From positions 71,330,264 through 71,394,225 of the forward strand of contig JASCQW010000001.1 of assembly GCA_030264375.1 (NCBI GenBank): DNA of 63,962 nt, in the 5' to 3' direction. Source of the DNA: Carcharhinus longimanus. Taxonomy: Eukaryota. The notes under the pieces were generated by a model. It searched no databases. It saw only the letters and a list, made by a program, of their open reading frames with translations, and was not told the origin of the DNA. The position numbers and the translations under genes are program-made. Positions 62,262 to 63,962 of the stretch are shown piece by piece; the stretch's first letter is position 1, and every line of letters starts with the position of its first letter.

Positions 62262-62719
62262 TGTTAAAAGGATTGTGCAATCAATCTCACAAAAAACTGA
62301 TGAAATAGAGCCCCAGGCAGATACTCAAGGCCAACTCAAGGCTTGATTTTTTGGGTAGAGGTTGTCCACTGTGTAGTGACTAAAAGAAAAGGGGGAAATA
62401 ACATAAATATCTTAGTATAGACAGGATAGGAAATGGATCTGAAAGCCAAAGAATGCAACGAGGATTAAAAATAGTTCACTTTCTCGTGTTTAATGTTACA
62501 CAAATATGAGATGTAAACACATCAGCTACAGATTGATAAATTATGAGAAAGCTATTACAAAACCAGGATTTGGACATAATATTACTTCAAAATCACAGGG
62601 AGAGTTGTAATATTGTCATGGTTAATCAGAGAATCTTGACTTTGATTCTTAGACGGCCTGGGGCAACTGGAAAACAAACCACATTATACACTTCAACAGC
62701 AAAAGAACTCGTATTTTTA

Positions 62720-63910
62720 TATAAGGCCTCTAAAGTAATAAAATATTCCAAGTTGCTTCACAGAAGTGTCATCAACCAAGATGAGACTACAGGCTGGAAA
62801 AGCAGACATCAGGACAGATGGCCCAAAGCTTGATCACAAGTTTTAAGGAGTGTTATAAAGATGGAAAGAGGGAGAGAGGTTGAGAGGAGAAGGGGAAATT
62901 TCAGAGCTCAAATCCTGAACATGCAGCTGCCAATGGTCAAGAAATAAAACTGAGGATGTTAAAGAGGCCAGAATTGGTGGAGCTTGGATATCTCAGAGAG
63001 TTTAGGGATTGGAAGTGGTTACAGAGGGAAGGATGAGGGTCTTGGGGGGATCTGAAAGCATTTGTGAATATTTTGTAATTAAGGCGTTGCTGGACCGAGA
63101 ACCAATTAAAGTCTGTGAACACCAGGGTGGTGAGTGAAGAGGATTGGTAGGAGTTAGGACACAAGCAGTAGTGTTTGAGATGACATTATATTAGGGGAGG
63201 ATAGAACATGGGAGGTCAGCCAGTATAGTTGAGTGTCATGGAAACAAAAAGATATGAATGAGGGTTTCAGCAGGTGAGTTGAGGCAAGGGCAGAGTTGGG
63301 TAAAATTATGGATATTAGCAGTCTTAGTGAATGCATGGATTTGTGGTCAGAAACTCCTTTGATTGTCAGATACGATACCATCCACTTTGGAGGTGCCAAG
63401 GATAGGAATGGGGTCCATGTTGAGAGAAAGTAATTTGTGGCAGTAATTGAAGATAACAGGTGGGATATTTCAACCCCTCTCCACAGCATATCTTCTGGCA
63501 ATGGAAGCAATTTGCCATTGGCCATCAGTAGGACGTTTTGGTCTTGCCAGTGTATATGGCATATTGCATGATAAACCCGTCCTGCCACTGGGAAACCTCT
63601 CGTGTGGTTGCCTTCGGCTGGACGAGAAGATCCTACAGCTGGGAAGGGCCAGAAAATCCCACCAATGGCTTCAGCTCAATATTTAGTCAGAGGGAATTTC
63701 TGCTCCTTGTCATTCTGCAGGTTGTTGGAGGAGCCTGAGAGGAGTCAAGAGAAATAATAGAGAGGTAGAGCTGGCTGTCCTCAGTGTACGTGTAAATACT
63801 AATATTGGGCTTTTGAATGATGCCTCCTAGGGACAGCATGTAAATGAGAAAGAGAACACAGCCTTGAGAGATAGCAGCAGTAAGGGTGCCAAAGTGGGAT
63901 CAGAAGCCCT
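62720..63910 (-). mobile_element. Decayed L2 LINE with a MITE-like insert (about 63459-63663)
   Basis: Minus frame WFSVQQRLNYKIF (HWLPV-QRI-FKIL-like). The insert is bounded by GGTGGGATATTTC / GAAAATCCCACC. Confidence 0.7.
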
Positions 63911-63911
63911 T

Positions 63912-63962
63912 GAACATAGAACATAGAACATTACAGCGCAGAACAGGCCCTTCGGCCCACGA
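63912..63962 (-). mobile_element. CR1 LINE 3' end running off the window
   Basis: GAACATAGAACATAGAACATTACAGCGCAGAACAGGCCCTTCGGCCCACGA. Confidence 0.8.

Noticed and set aside
107-63738. The many 60-190 aa ORFs in the track
   Set aside because: They fall in SINE/LINE sequence, span N-gaps, are antisense to exons, or are chance intronic frames, often starting at non-ATG codons.

Overview
Vertebrate genomic DNA. The repeat content (HE1/V-SINE-like, DeuSINE-like, CR1, L2, RTE, Penelope) points to a shark or other elasmobranch; this is an inference. Most of the window is one complete + strand gene, DLC1 (ARHGAP7/STARD12; SAM-RhoGAP-START). I reconstructed 14 coding exons from 2999 to 45743 with GT-AG junctions and consistent phases, giving 3255 nt and a 1084-aa protein of the short p122/isoform-2 type (MILTQIEAKEAC...SQESKH). 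A probable 3' UTR of about 3.9 kb follows. Downstream are a decayed RTE LINE with nested insertions and, after an N-gap, a single minus-strand RAB11FIP1 exon whose downstream exons I cannot find. The most notable observations are minimal hammerhead-ribozyme motifs in Penelope-type repeats (one sense-oriented in DLC1 intron 1), an in-frame AUG-UGA start-stop element just upstream of the DLC1 start, the orphan RAB11FIP1 exon, and a four-level transposon nest. I see no firm evidence of a wholly new biological system. Repeat boundaries are by-eye estimates, and comparisons with human or rat proteins are from memory, not from a search.
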